Virus record (IMG/VR): IMGVR_UViG_3300019874_000007
Location: 1 to 52,018 of that record
Length of the DNA: 52,018 bases
Origin: a virus
Taxonomy: Duplodnaviria > Caudoviricetes
Strand: one strand, 5' to 3'
Positions within the stretch are counted from its first letter, which is position 1. Every line of letters begins with the position of its first letter. Of this stretch, positions 17,792 to 25,684 are shown piece by piece. The notes beneath the pieces are model-generated. The model had not been told where the DNA came from, did not search any database, and worked only from the letters and a program-made list of their open reading frames with translations. A program made the position numbers and the translations under genes.

Positions 17792-18091
17792 TCAGTTGCG
17801 TACGGACGGTGACGCGAAGTGTTTGCCCTTGGCCAGCATCATATACAACGCTACACCGATGCTGACGGCAGACAGCGCGCCGGGGTGATCCTGCGCAAAC
17901 CTTCGAGCCCGCATCGTCGTCACCAGGCGTTCGAGGCAGATGAGGCCGTAGCGCTGCTGGAGGCGAAGCTCCATGCTCACGAAGACTCGCATGACGGCTG
18001 TGCTCGGATCTGGCGCTGCCGAGAAGTTTCGCCACTTATCCATCTCGGTAAACGTCGCCGAGTAGAGGAGGTTCTCGAGGAATTCTTCCAC
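17792..18091 (-). CDS. Hypothetical protein
   Basis: Probable GTG start just after the upstream stop. Confidence 0.5.
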   Translation of the reverse strand: MEEFLENLLYSATFTEMDKWRNFSAAPDPSTAVMRVFVSMELRLQQRYGLICLERLVTTMRARRFAQDHPGALSAVSIGVALYMMLAKGKHFASPSVRN

Positions 18092-18093
18092 GG

Positions 18094-18450
18094 TCAGACC
18101 GTACGAGCCTGCGGCTCTGCCGGGAGAGGGATCGTGTGCACTGCGGTCATCAGCTCTTGCGCCGCACGCACGAGCTGCTCGAGATCTTGCTCGATGTCGA
18201 TGCTCGTCAGATCGCAATCGAGGACCGTCGTGAGGTTGATGACGGCGTCTTCGACGTAAAGGCTGGTCTTTTCGCCAGCCTCACGTCGTACCCCTGGCAG
18301 ATTCAGGCCGCGGGCGATTTCGTAGGTCGCGAGCGACAGGTTGTGGACGCTGCCTTCTAGTGCTTGCGTGTTGCAGCACTGGATGTGCTCTCGGCACCGA
18401 AATAGGCGGCGCTTGATGACTTCTGATAGGGCGAGGCTGATGCGGGGCAT
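18094..18450 (-). CDS. Hypothetical helical protein
   Basis: 118 aa; AGGAG RBS upstream. Confidence 0.6.
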   Translation of the reverse strand: MPRISLALSEVIKRRLFRCREHIQCCNTQALEGSVHNLSLATYEIARGLNLPGVRREAGEKTSLYVEDAVINLTTVLDCDLTSIDIEQDLEQLVRAAQELMTAVHTIPLPAEPQARTV

Positions 18451-18488
18451 GCTGGGTCTCCTGGTGGTGTGAGTCGAATCAGGAAGGT

Positions 18489-18770
18489 TTACGCTCGGGC
18501 CGCTGGATCCTTCCCAGCGACGAGCACGGTTTCGTCATCTACCCACTCGAAGCTGCCCGAGCGGTGATTGCCGGAATGGCGCCGGCGCCGTCCACAGTGG
18601 TAGGTTTTCCAAACCGTCGGACCGAGCAGCGCGCAACGCTCACCACACGGGCGACGGAGCGTGCACCCTAGGCGGATCACTCCCCACACGAGGGCGATGG
18701 CGGGGATGGCCCAGCAGGCGGCCGTCATGGCGGCGTAGGCGCTCGGGTGGGTGACAGAGAGATCGGTCAT
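18489..18770 (-). CDS. Membrane protein with C..C..HxGxH motif
   Basis: N-terminal TM; CGRRRRHSGNH. Confidence 0.55.
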   Translation of the reverse strand: MTDLSVTHPSAYAAMTAACWAIPAIALVWGVIRLGCTLRRPCGERCALLGPTVWKTYHCGRRRRHSGNHRSGSFEWVDDETVLVAGKDPAARA

Positions 18771-18841
18771 CACTTTCTTTTCCAGAGCCAGTAGAGGAGC
18801 CCGAGTCCGAGTGGAAGCGCGACGGCGTCAGTCGGGGTCAC
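18770..18841 (-). CDS. 23-aa hydrophobic microprotein
   Basis: MTPTDAVALPLGLGLLYWLWKRK; GTGA overlap upstream and TGATG overlap downstream. Confidence 0.55.
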   Translation of the reverse strand: MTPTDAVALPLGLGLLYWLWKRK

Positions 18842-19386
18842 GGAGCCGTGATCTTCTGGAACATATCCAGTGCTTGACTCACTTTTTCTAGCCTCGTCAG
18901 GCGGTCTCCCGAGAGATCGATCACGGGAACCCGGGCGATGGCGAGCAGGCCAGTGAGCATCGCCTCGTAGCAGTCATGATAGGCGCCGCTGGTTTTCCTG
19001 ATCCCATCGTCGAGGGCTTGGAAATCTTTCTTCCAAAGTCGCACGACGAAGTTGTAGCGACGCATCGACCCGCTGAATACCTCGAGCGCGTTGTCGTCGA
19101 GACGATCGACCATATGAAGCGCGCAGTAGGTGAGGTTGTCGAGGTAGCTCCGATCGGTGACGAAATCATCATGCGCGAGCTCCCAGTCGCGCTTCGCTTC
19201 GAAGAGGCGATTCTGAAACTTTACCCGGCATCCGGCCTTGTCCACGTCGTAGGGGTTGTCGAAGCCCATCTCGAGCGCGACCGAGCGCGCGCCGACGGGG
19301 TTGAGGGGGATGTTGTACTTCTTGGAGATGGCGCGAGCGAGCGTGGTCTTGCCGGTTCCGCTCGCGCCTGCGATGGCGATTCTCAT
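18838..19386 (-). CDS. P-loop NTPase/nucleotide kinase (AAA_28-like)
   Basis: GASGTGKTT Walker A; TDRSYLD; DDGIR. Confidence 0.85.
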   Translation of the reverse strand: MRIAIAGASGTGKTTLARAISKKYNIPLNPVGARSVALEMGFDNPYDVDKAGCRVKFQNRLFEAKRDWELAHDDFVTDRSYLDNLTYCALHMVDRLDDNALEVFSGSMRRYNFVVRLWKKDFQALDDGIRKTSGAYHDCYEAMLTGLLAIARVPVIDLSGDRLTRLEKVSQALDMFQKITAP

Positions 19387-19835
19387 TTGCGTTTTGATCC
19401 TTTGGCGGCGACCAGCACGGTGGGCACGTGTCGCCCATCGTGGCCTTGACTAAGTAGGCATTGCTTTCCTGTTTTGGTACGATAGCGGCACTGCTTGCGA
19501 AGCGGCGCGATCCACGTCCCCGAGCGTCCACGGTGCTTGCCCGCGTGACTACCGTGCCTGACGCAGCGATCCCCGGTGAAGCTGATGGCGCGGCAGCGTG
19601 GCGCGATCACTCCCGCTTTGCCCGGTGCTGCACCGGACGCTTTCTTCTTCAAACCCACCCCCGCCTTCTTTTTCTTTTTAGTGCTCTTGCGCTGCAGCGT
19701 GACAGCGCGCTGCTCCTCGAGAGGCTCATCGAAGATCGCGCTCAGGATCACCTTCAGCGCGTGAAGCACCTCGGGCTTCAGCCGCGACGCTGCGCGTGGG
19801 AGGAACGAAGCAAAGTCGAAGGTGGGTTCGGTCAC
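19383..19835 (-). CDS. Basic protein with two C-x9-C-x5-HxGxH repeats
   Basis: CRAISFTGDRCVRHGSHAGKH and CRYRTKTGKQCLLSQGHDGRH. Confidence 0.6.
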   Translation of the reverse strand: MTEPTFDFASFLPRAASRLKPEVLHALKVILSAIFDEPLEEQRAVTLQRKSTKKKKKAGVGLKKKASGAAPGKAGVIAPRCRAISFTGDRCVRHGSHAGKHRGRSGTWIAPLRKQCRYRTKTGKQCLLSQGHDGRHVPTVLVAAKGSKRK

Positions 19836-20170
19836 GTCGGTATCTCCTTCACTAGCTCCACAAACGACCACCCCTCATCCTCTTGCCCCATATGCAGGAG
19901 CTGCACCCGCACGAAGTCTTCCTTCCCTGTTTCTTCCGAGACGATCTCCACCATCTCGTCGTAGTCAAAGCAATTGGTCGCCAATAGGTAAGCGTCAGCC
20001 TCGAAACACTTGGTGCCTCCCGCGTGCTGATGCACAGGCAGGAACATATCCTGCTTATGCAGCACGCTCGACGACTGGATGCGTCGATTGATCCGATCGA
20101 CGAAGGGGCTAACGCCTTCATCGGCATCCGGCACCTGCGTGAGCAGGATCCAGTTCGCTACCGTGCTCAC
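19832..20170 (-). CDS. Hypothetical protein
   Basis: AGGTKCFEADAYL; GTGA coupling. Confidence 0.6.
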   Translation of the reverse strand: MSTVANWILLTQVPDADEGVSPFVDRINRRIQSSSVLHKQDMFLPVHQHAGGTKCFEADAYLLATNCFDYDEMVEIVSEETGKEDFVRVQLLHMGQEDEGWSFVELVKEIPT

Positions 20171-20448
20171 GGTTTTCGCTCCGGCACGCAAGAGATCGCG
20201 ACCGCTAGCGGTACCGGGTATGCCTGCGACGCCACATTACTCACTCGGCTCGCCACGTAGCACACGTTGAAGTTCCCGCCGGTCGTGTCGCGGATGACCC
20301 GCACCGTGACGCCATCGGCCTGCGTCACCGCCTCTTGCCAGAGTCCTGGTTTCGGGTCGGCACGCAGTGGTTTGGCGTTAAGCGACGCCAGAAACAGCCA
20401 CCAGCCGCATGAGACCGCAACGATTGCTGCTTTGGTTACTCGATCCAT
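20167..20448 (-). CDS. Putative secreted/membrane protein
   Basis: Hydrophobic N-terminus; VCYV...AISCVP. Confidence 0.6.
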   Translation of the reverse strand: MDRVTKAAIVAVSCGWWLFLASLNAKPLRADPKPGLWQEAVTQADGVTVRVIRDTTGGNFNVCYVASRVSNVASQAYPVPLAVAISCVPERKP

Positions 20449-20720
20449 CACTTCCACACTCCTATCCAATGCAGCACGATCGCCAGAAGGCACCCTGCCA
20501 CGAAACTCACTACACACCACGGATCCGGAATGTACCATCGTCGAGGCTTCACTCGCCGACGAGTACCGTTGACCATCTCAAGCTCGATGCGCTGGACGGC
20601 GTAGTTGACCTTCGCCTGCAACTCCGACCGACACCCGGGGCAGAGCAACCACTCTTTGGCGTGAGCGATGCTCCCTGACCTGATGACGGGCGCGTCGCAG
20701 AGGAAGCACTCAGTGCGCAT
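20448..20720 (-). CDS. Zn-ribbon protein with C-terminal TM
   Basis: CFLC...CPGC; hydrophobic C-terminus. Confidence 0.55.
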   Translation of the reverse strand: MRTECFLCDAPVIRSGSIAHAKEWLLCPGCRSELQAKVNYAVQRIELEMVNGTRRRVKPRRWYIPDPWCVVSFVAGCLLAIVLHWIGVWK

Positions 20721-20995
20721 CAAGATCCCGTCAGCTCGAAGATGTAGCCGGTGAATCCGCCCGTTGCGACGCACACGAACTGATAGCCGTCCGGCACTTC
20801 CTGGTTTGGGTAGAAGCACCGAAATAGCCGGCTCACTCGCGGCGACGAGGTGGATGGCTCGAGAACGCCGAGCGTAACCTGAATCGTCCCCGTTGCTGGG
20901 CGCACGTCGTTGAATGCACCCAGCACTTGGGTGCTCGGCAGAAGCCACAGGACCTGCTCCTCCGAACTCGTCAACAGATACTGACATATTTTCAT
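20720..20995 (-). CDS. Small beta-rich phage protein
   Basis: 91 aa, coupled on both sides. Confidence 0.6.
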   Translation of the reverse strand: MKICQYLLTSSEEQVLWLLPSTQVLGAFNDVRPATGTIQVTLGVLEPSTSSPRVSRLFRCFYPNQEVPDGYQFVCVATGGFTGYIFELTGS

Positions 20996-21183
20996 GATCT
21001 ACATTTTCCTTCACAGCACGGCTCGGAGAGCATCTTGTCCACGCTCGCGAGCGTGCGTTCGAAGCGATCAGAGCGCGCCTTGTCCTCGTCAGCCCGGTCG
21101 AGCTGTTTCTGATGAAGCCTCGTGCAAGATTTGCAAATGTCTCGAGCGGCCCCGATCTCCCCCTCGTGCGAGATGCAGATCAC
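20992..21183 (-). CDS. Small Cys-containing protein
   Basis: GTG start overlapping the upstream TGA. Confidence 0.45.
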   Translation of the reverse strand: MICISHEGEIGAARDICKSCTRLHQKQLDRADEDKARSDRFERTLASVDKMLSEPCCEGKCRS

Positions 21184-21464
21184 GGTGAGCTCGGCGCGAC
21201 CGCAGAGCGTCTTCGATGACCAGCTACGATCAGCGGTAGAGATTGGCAGGCCCACTCTCGGTGCTGCTCATGGGCGGCACGGCGGATACATTCAGCGGAC
21301 TCGGAGCAAGCAATCAGCAGCGCTGGCTTCCCATCGGGTCCAGTCGTGACTTCCGGTTTCCACGGATGCGTCCGAATTAGGTACGTCAGTAACCCAGCCA
21401 CGATCCCAACGATCGCCGTCACGATCGCTACTTCAAAAAGAAAGCTTCTATCTTTCATCTTCAA
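21180..21464 (-). CDS. Membrane-anchored protein
   Basis: N-terminal TM; GPDGKPALLIAC..C. Confidence 0.55.
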   Translation of the reverse strand: MKMKDRSFLFEVAIVTAIVGIVAGLLTYLIRTHPWKPEVTTGPDGKPALLIACSESAECIRRAAHEQHREWACQSLPLIVAGHRRRSAVAPSSP

Positions 21465-22402
21465 ACCTTCAATACGACAGCGCCTGGGAAAGCTTCCCCG
21501 ACTCGTGCAACGCTACTGGTCACGATGCTCGCGAGACCTTGGTCTCGCCTACGCTCGTAGAGCCAAACCAATTCTTTCCTAAACCACTTGTCGCCGAGGA
21601 CCTCCCCATCGACCGAATCGATCACGAGCACGCTCACCTCCAAGAGCGCTTTCAGCGGCGACTCTTCCTTCACCGTCATCGCGTTCTTTACGTCTCGAAG
21701 CAGAGTCGGAGCATGCACGGATTTGAGTGGGTGGTTGGAGTAACGCTCGGCAACCGAGCGGAGCAGGGCCGCGCCATACTCGCGCGCAAACTCACCCTCG
21801 ATGCACAACTGAACACCCTTCGGCGGAGAGCGAAACGTGCCCTTGCTCAAAAAGCCATCGAGCGCTTCCACGATGTGCGGAGGCTTCTTCAGCTTCGCGC
21901 GCGACACGCGCGACAGGCGCTGATCGACACCCAGTCCCACCATGCGCCGAGCCATCCGAAATTCACCAAATCGGTCACACGGCTTGAGCTCCGCCTGCGC
22001 CACCTCCCCCTGCACACGCAGCCGCACGACGTCCCCGGCGCCAAACGTCGGACTCGGCGTTTCCGCGCACACGGCGCCCTCCTTCGGGCAGCGCGCGCAC
22101 TCGGAAAGCCGCGCCTCGACCCCCAGCCAAAACGCCTTGGTCTCACCGCGCAACAGCTCAGGTAACGATTCCGCTGTCACGCTACTGTCGCTTTCGAGAA
22201 CCCGGGCGACCGTCGGGCACCGGGAGCTCAACCACATCCGCCCACCCTCCGCCTCCAGCTCCCTCAGGAACGGTCCCTCCACCGACTCCCAGCGGAGTTG
22301 GAGGTTCCTCGGGAGGTCTCGAAGGGGACTCGCGGCGGGGAGCGGGTCCGGATTGTCCGGGGGCGGGTCGGTCGCTGATACTTGGGTCTCGTCGTCGCTC
22401 AT
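21461..22402 (-). CDS. DnaC/IstB-like helicase loader with degenerate Walker A
   Basis: Follows the initiator; CARC..C Zn-like module; VLVIDSVDGE (Walker B-like); RRDQGLASIVTS; no GxxGxGK. Confidence 0.65.
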   Translation of the reverse strand: MSDDETQVSATDPPPDNPDPLPAASPLRDLPRNLQLRWESVEGPFLRELEAEGGRMWLSSRCPTVARVLESDSSVTAESLPELLRGETKAFWLGVEARLSECARCPKEGAVCAETPSPTFGAGDVVRLRVQGEVAQAELKPCDRFGEFRMARRMVGLGVDQRLSRVSRAKLKKPPHIVEALDGFLSKGTFRSPPKGVQLCIEGEFAREYGAALLRSVAERYSNHPLKSVHAPTLLRDVKNAMTVKEESPLKALLEVSVLVIDSVDGEVLGDKWFRKELVWLYERRRDQGLASIVTSSVARVGEAFPGAVVLKV

Positions 22403-23243
22403 TGGGGGTCAATCCTCCGCTCCGTGGTACTGATAGCAATGCGATTCCTTCCCGATGCTGCTTCGGATCCTTCGCGATAGCATCGCGACTCCATCGGTCA
22501 TCATTCGCGATGCTATCCCCATTTCCCGACCCCAGATCGCCATCGCTCTCATTAGAGGGAAGCCCATCAACCGATCCCATCCCGATCGCATCGCGATGCC
22601 CCAATACCAGATCAAGATCAAGATCAAGATTTAGAACAAGATCCTCTCTGCTGACTCTCTTAGAGAAAAATAAATAATCTATTTTTTTATATCTCAGATC
22701 GAGATCAGTAGGCTCGTCCCAAACCCGAATGCCCTCCGGCAAGTCATTGCCTTTTTTCCAGTTGTCACCGAGCGCGTAAGTCCGTGGGTTTAGGACTTCA
22801 ATCAGCCCAAACCGGGCATCGAAGGCGTTTAGTGCGTCGGCGCTTTTCTCGGCAATGCGACGGAGAGTAGGTAAGTGCTTGAAACGAAAGGGTGTATCCC
22901 GGTAGCTATCCCAGGCGTTTTTCCAACCGAATACCTGGTTTACGGTCGGGGTGTAGTACTTGCGCCAGATCTCAGGCAGCCGGAGGAGCCCTGAGTACCG
23001 GTCGTAAATGGCCAGCCCTGCCCCGACGATGCCCTCAAAAGAGTTTTCGACCTCGAGTTGGTGCTGGCGGGTCATCTGCCTGCCGCCGAGCTGCGAGAAG
23101 AGCGCCTCGGGGGAAACCTCCCAAAGACCCGGCACGTTGACTCGGGTGTGGGGGCCTTGGAGCATGCAGGCCCAGAGCGCGACGGCGACGGGGCCGAGCG
23201 CGACGATGTCAGGATGGTCGAATTCTTCGGACGGATGCGGCAC
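22182..23243 (-). CDS. Putative phage replication initiator/replisome organiser
   Basis: N-terminal PHT..PGLWEV wHTH-like domain; LDLDLDL linker; internal repeats and AT-rich tract; upstream of the loader-like gene. Confidence 0.6.
   Translation of the reverse strand: MPHPSEEFDHPDIVALGPVAVALWACMLQGPHTRVNVPGLWEVSPEALFSQLGGRQMTRQHQLEVENSFEGIVGAGLAIYDRYSGLLRLPEIWRKYYTPTVNQVFGWKNAWDSYRDTPFRFKHLPTLRRIAEKSADALNAFDARFGLIEVLNPRTYALGDNWKKGNDLPEGIRVWDEPTDLDLRYKKIDYLFFSKRVSREDLVLNLDLDLDLVLGHRDAIGMGSVDGLPSNESDGDLGSGNGDSIANDDRWSRDAIAKDPKQHREGIALLSVPRSGGLTPNERRRDPSISDRPAPGQSGPAPRRESPSRPPEEPPTPLGVGGGTVPEGAGGGGWADVVELPVPDGRPGSRKRQ
22432..22695. repeat. Probable replication origin: iteron-like repeats plus AT-rich tract
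   Basis: GATAGCATCGCGA variants at 22432, 22476, 22505 (inverted), 22584; (AGATCA)x3 at 22609; AT-rich 22660-22693. Confidence 0.55.
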
Positions 23244-23246
23244 TGC

Positions 23247-23471
23247 TCAACCCGCCTTGCGCTGGAGCAGGTGTTCCAGCCGAGACGCAAAGGGCGAATC
23301 GGTACCCATGACCGCCTGGTCAGCGATTCGGATGAGCTTCCGAAGCGTGTCGGGGCCGTTGAGTCTTTCGAAGCCGGCTACGCGCTTGAGGGCGGCGTAG
23401 TGCTCGGGATCGAGCCGAAGGTTGACTTGTTTTTCGGCTTGTTTGTCGGGTTCGTCATCAGGCTGAGACAT
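23247..23471 (-). CDS. Ribbon-helix-helix (CopG-like) regulator
   Basis: KQVNLRLDPEHYAALKRVA...PDTLRKLI. Confidence 0.7.
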   Translation of the reverse strand: MSQPDDEPDKQAEKQVNLRLDPEHYAALKRVAGFERLNGPDTLRKLIRIADQAVMGTDSPFASRLEHLLQRKAG

Positions 23472-23666
23472 GCGGGGAGGCGATCAGTACTCGACCCGAA
23501 GATGTAGGTGCAAGAAAAATTGAGACATTTCTGGTGCACAAAATTGCTGTTGACGCCTGAACATGTAATCAGCATTGACAGGCCATGACGATTTTAGAGA
23601 TTGCCCGTGAGGCAGGGTTCAATGAGGGTCGGCTCGGCGAGCCGTTGAGCGTTTGGGACGTGCGAA

Positions 23667-24680
23667 ATGGGTCTGGGATCTGGATCCTTTGGCACGATCC
23701 AGCAAAGGGGTAGTTTCGAGCGCGGGATGTGTTTGTTCCGGAGAGATCTGCATTGGTTCGAGACGATCGAGCAGCGTCGTGTGGGTTTTGACAACGCAGG
23801 GGAGCCGTTGGTCACGAACATCAATGTCGTGGTGACAATTCCGGAAGACGAGCAGACCGAAGCGGAACGTCGTTACGATGTGTATAAGCATCGCGACTCG
23901 CCCGAAGCGTTCAATCAGCAACGCGCGCAATGGTACGTGCAGGACTTCTCCAAGGGGCACGTCGTTGCTTGGTGGGGAGAGAGTCAGTTTTACGAAGACG
24001 AGCTTTGTGCGAAGCAGCAAGCGTTTGGACCAGGCGCTGATCGGCTAAGGAGCCTTCTGCCCGACGTACGGCTCGATGTCGACGAGATCCCAGACTTCGG
24101 AATCATTTCGATAGTCGATGGTCCAGATGTGGTTGGAGCCGCGGGCGAGCGGCTCGCTGGCGCGCGCCCGCTTGAGCTCTTTCTTGTTCCAGAGCTCCTC
24201 GCCTTGGAACGGAAACCAGTGCTCGAGTTGGTAGGGCTGGAAGGTGCTGACGAGTCCGCTGAGGCGAAGCCCCCCTTCCGTGAACGCGATCACTTTCGCG
24301 ACGGGGCCATCACCGTCGGGCACTGGGATCCGCACCCAGTCGCCGACGACGAAGTCGCGGTTGTCGCGCTCTTCAGGGAGCATGCGGAGGTGGTGCGTGA
24401 TCGCGTCGAGCGCGTGGTGCGGGGACTCACCAGCGTTGTGGTCGCACAGAAACTCGCGCAGGGTTTTGAGGTGGTGGTTCATGGCTTTGGATCTCGTGCG
24501 CGTAGCGCACGAAGCTCGGCAACCAACTCGAGTACTCGGGGAGCAGAAAGGAGCGAGTGCATGCGCCGCAGCGCGGCTATCCAATCAAGATTAGTGGCAT
24601 GCTGGTTTAGCGCGCTGAGCACATCAGCAGCGGCATTCTCGAGTTGGTTTAGGTCGTCATTCATTATGCTGTTCACCTAA
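23667..24680 (+). CDS. Possible lone plus-strand gene; only the first ~125 codons are free of antisense overlap
   Basis: Fills the 23.6-24.05 kb gap with protein-like sequence; then runs antisense to two minus-strand ORFs. Confidence 0.3.
   Translation: MGLGSGSFGTIQQRGSFERGMCLFRRDLHWFETIEQRRVGFDNAGEPLVTNINVVVTIPEDEQTEAERRYDVYKHRDSPEAFNQQRAQWYVQDFSKGHVVAWWGESQFYEDELCAKQQAFGPGADRLRSLLPDVRLDVDEIPDFGIISIVDGPDVVGAAGERLAGARPLELFLVPELLALERKPVLELVGLEGADESAEAKPPFRERDHFRDGAITVGHWDPHPVADDEVAVVALFREHAEVVRDRVERVVRGLTSVVVAQKLAQGFEVVVHGFGSRARSARSSATNSSTRGAERSECMRRSAAIQSRLVACWFSALSTSAAAFSSWFRSSFIMLFT
24045..24482 (-). CDS. Hypothetical protein with KOW/SH3-like segment
   Basis: FVVGDWVRI; ATGA coupling. 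Confidence 0.6.
   Translation of the reverse strand: MNHHLKTLREFLCDHNAGESPHHALDAITHHLRMLPEERDNRDFVVGDWVRIPVPDGDGPVAKVIAFTEGGLRLSGLVSTFQPYQLEHWFPFQGEELWNKKELKRARASEPLARGSNHIWTIDYRNDSEVWDLVDIEPYVGQKAP
24479..24676 (-). CDS. Hypothetical protein
   Basis: 65 aa, coupled. Confidence 0.5.
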   Translation of the reverse strand: MNSIMNDDLNQLENAAADVLSALNQHATNLDWIAALRRMHSLLSAPRVLELVAELRALRARDPKP

Positions 24681-24870
24681 TTCGTATCGGTGCGCCGAGG
24701 GCACCGCCGGTCAAGAGTCCAAAGCTGCTGAGCAGCCACAAGCAGACGACGAGCACCACGACGACGTTCAGGATCATTTTGATCTTGGCGTCCATCGGGA
24801 TGATGGAATTCACGAAGTACAAGAGCACGCCGATGACGATGAGGACGATGATCAATCCGATGAGGGTCAT
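24673..24870 (-). CDS. Thivi_2564-family two-TM membrane protein
   Basis: LIVIGVLLYFVNSIIPMDAKIKMILNVVVVLVVCLWLL. Confidence 0.8.
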   Translation of the reverse strand: MTLIGLIIVLIVIGVLLYFVNSIIPMDAKIKMILNVVVVLVVCLWLLSSFGLLTGGALGAPIRIR

Positions 24871-24957
24871 GTGACTTTTCTCCGCAGGTGGGGCGTTACG
24901 TCACGGTGTTTCTTCGGGGGAAGCGTGACTTGTTTCGTGCGTTGCGAATAGCGTGCC

Positions 24958-25272
24958 TCAGTTCGGGCTTTCCGTGTCCGACTCTTCGATGGTGAGGATC
25001 GCTTCGAGCGGTAGCGAGAAGTCGTGCTGCAGCACGCGCAGGGCGGCGTCTGCCCCTGTCCCAGGTATCTTGTCTATTTTTTCGCTGAACGATAGCTGCG
25101 GCACATCGAAGATGAGCGGCTCTTCCATGGACCCCGCGAATTGCACGAAGCGTCCTGTCACCTGATCGGTGATGATCACGAACGGCCTCTGGCTTCTGGG
25201 CTTGCTCAGTAAGCGAGTGAGTGCGAAGAAGATCTGCTGGTGAGCGGAGTGGAGTCGGCATTTGCGGATCAC
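24958..25272 (-). CDS. Hypothetical protein
   Basis: PFVIITDQVTGRFVQFAG; 104 aa. Confidence 0.55.
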   Translation of the reverse strand: MIRKCRLHSAHQQIFFALTRLLSKPRSQRPFVIITDQVTGRFVQFAGSMEEPLIFDVPQLSFSEKIDKIPGTGADAALRVLQHDFSLPLEAILTIEESDTESPN

Positions 25273-25469
25273 GGCTTCTCCTCTTCGCTCGGCAGGTACA
25301 GCTCAACGTAGTTGCAGATCGTGCACGTGAACACCATGCAGCGGAGCAGCCGAGTCTGTGAGAGGACGATTGGGAAAGCGACATCGTTTTCTAGGCGCGC
25401 CATGGTGTGCTCGTTTTGGTGATTGATGCAGACGAGGGTGAATTTGCCACCGAGCGCCTTGATGGGCAT
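25269..25469 (-). CDS. Zn-ribbon protein
   Basis: CINH...CTICNYVELY. Confidence 0.6.
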   Translation of the reverse strand: MPIKALGGKFTLVCINHQNEHTMARLENDVAFPIVLSQTRLLRCMVFTCTICNYVELYLPSEEEKP

Positions 25470-25684
25470 CAGTGAAACACTCCTCGATACAGCGCCCAGG
25501 CGCCGAGCACCATGATCAGCACGATGATCGATCCGACAGCTCCAATTTGGATCCCCATCCAAAGGGCGCGGGCGATGCGCCACTGAAACTCCACGGCCTT
25601 TTCCTTGTCGATGCCAAACTCGGCCATGGTTTCCGAGTGATCTTGCTCGATGGAGTTCTTCCGGAAGCGCTCTTCGAAGCTCAC
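25469..25684 (-). CDS. Small membrane protein
   Basis: C-terminal TM; GTGA coupling. Confidence 0.55.
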   Translation of the reverse strand: MSFEERFRKNSIEQDHSETMAEFGIDKEKAVEFQWRIARALWMGIQIGAVGSIIVLIMVLGAWALYRGVFH

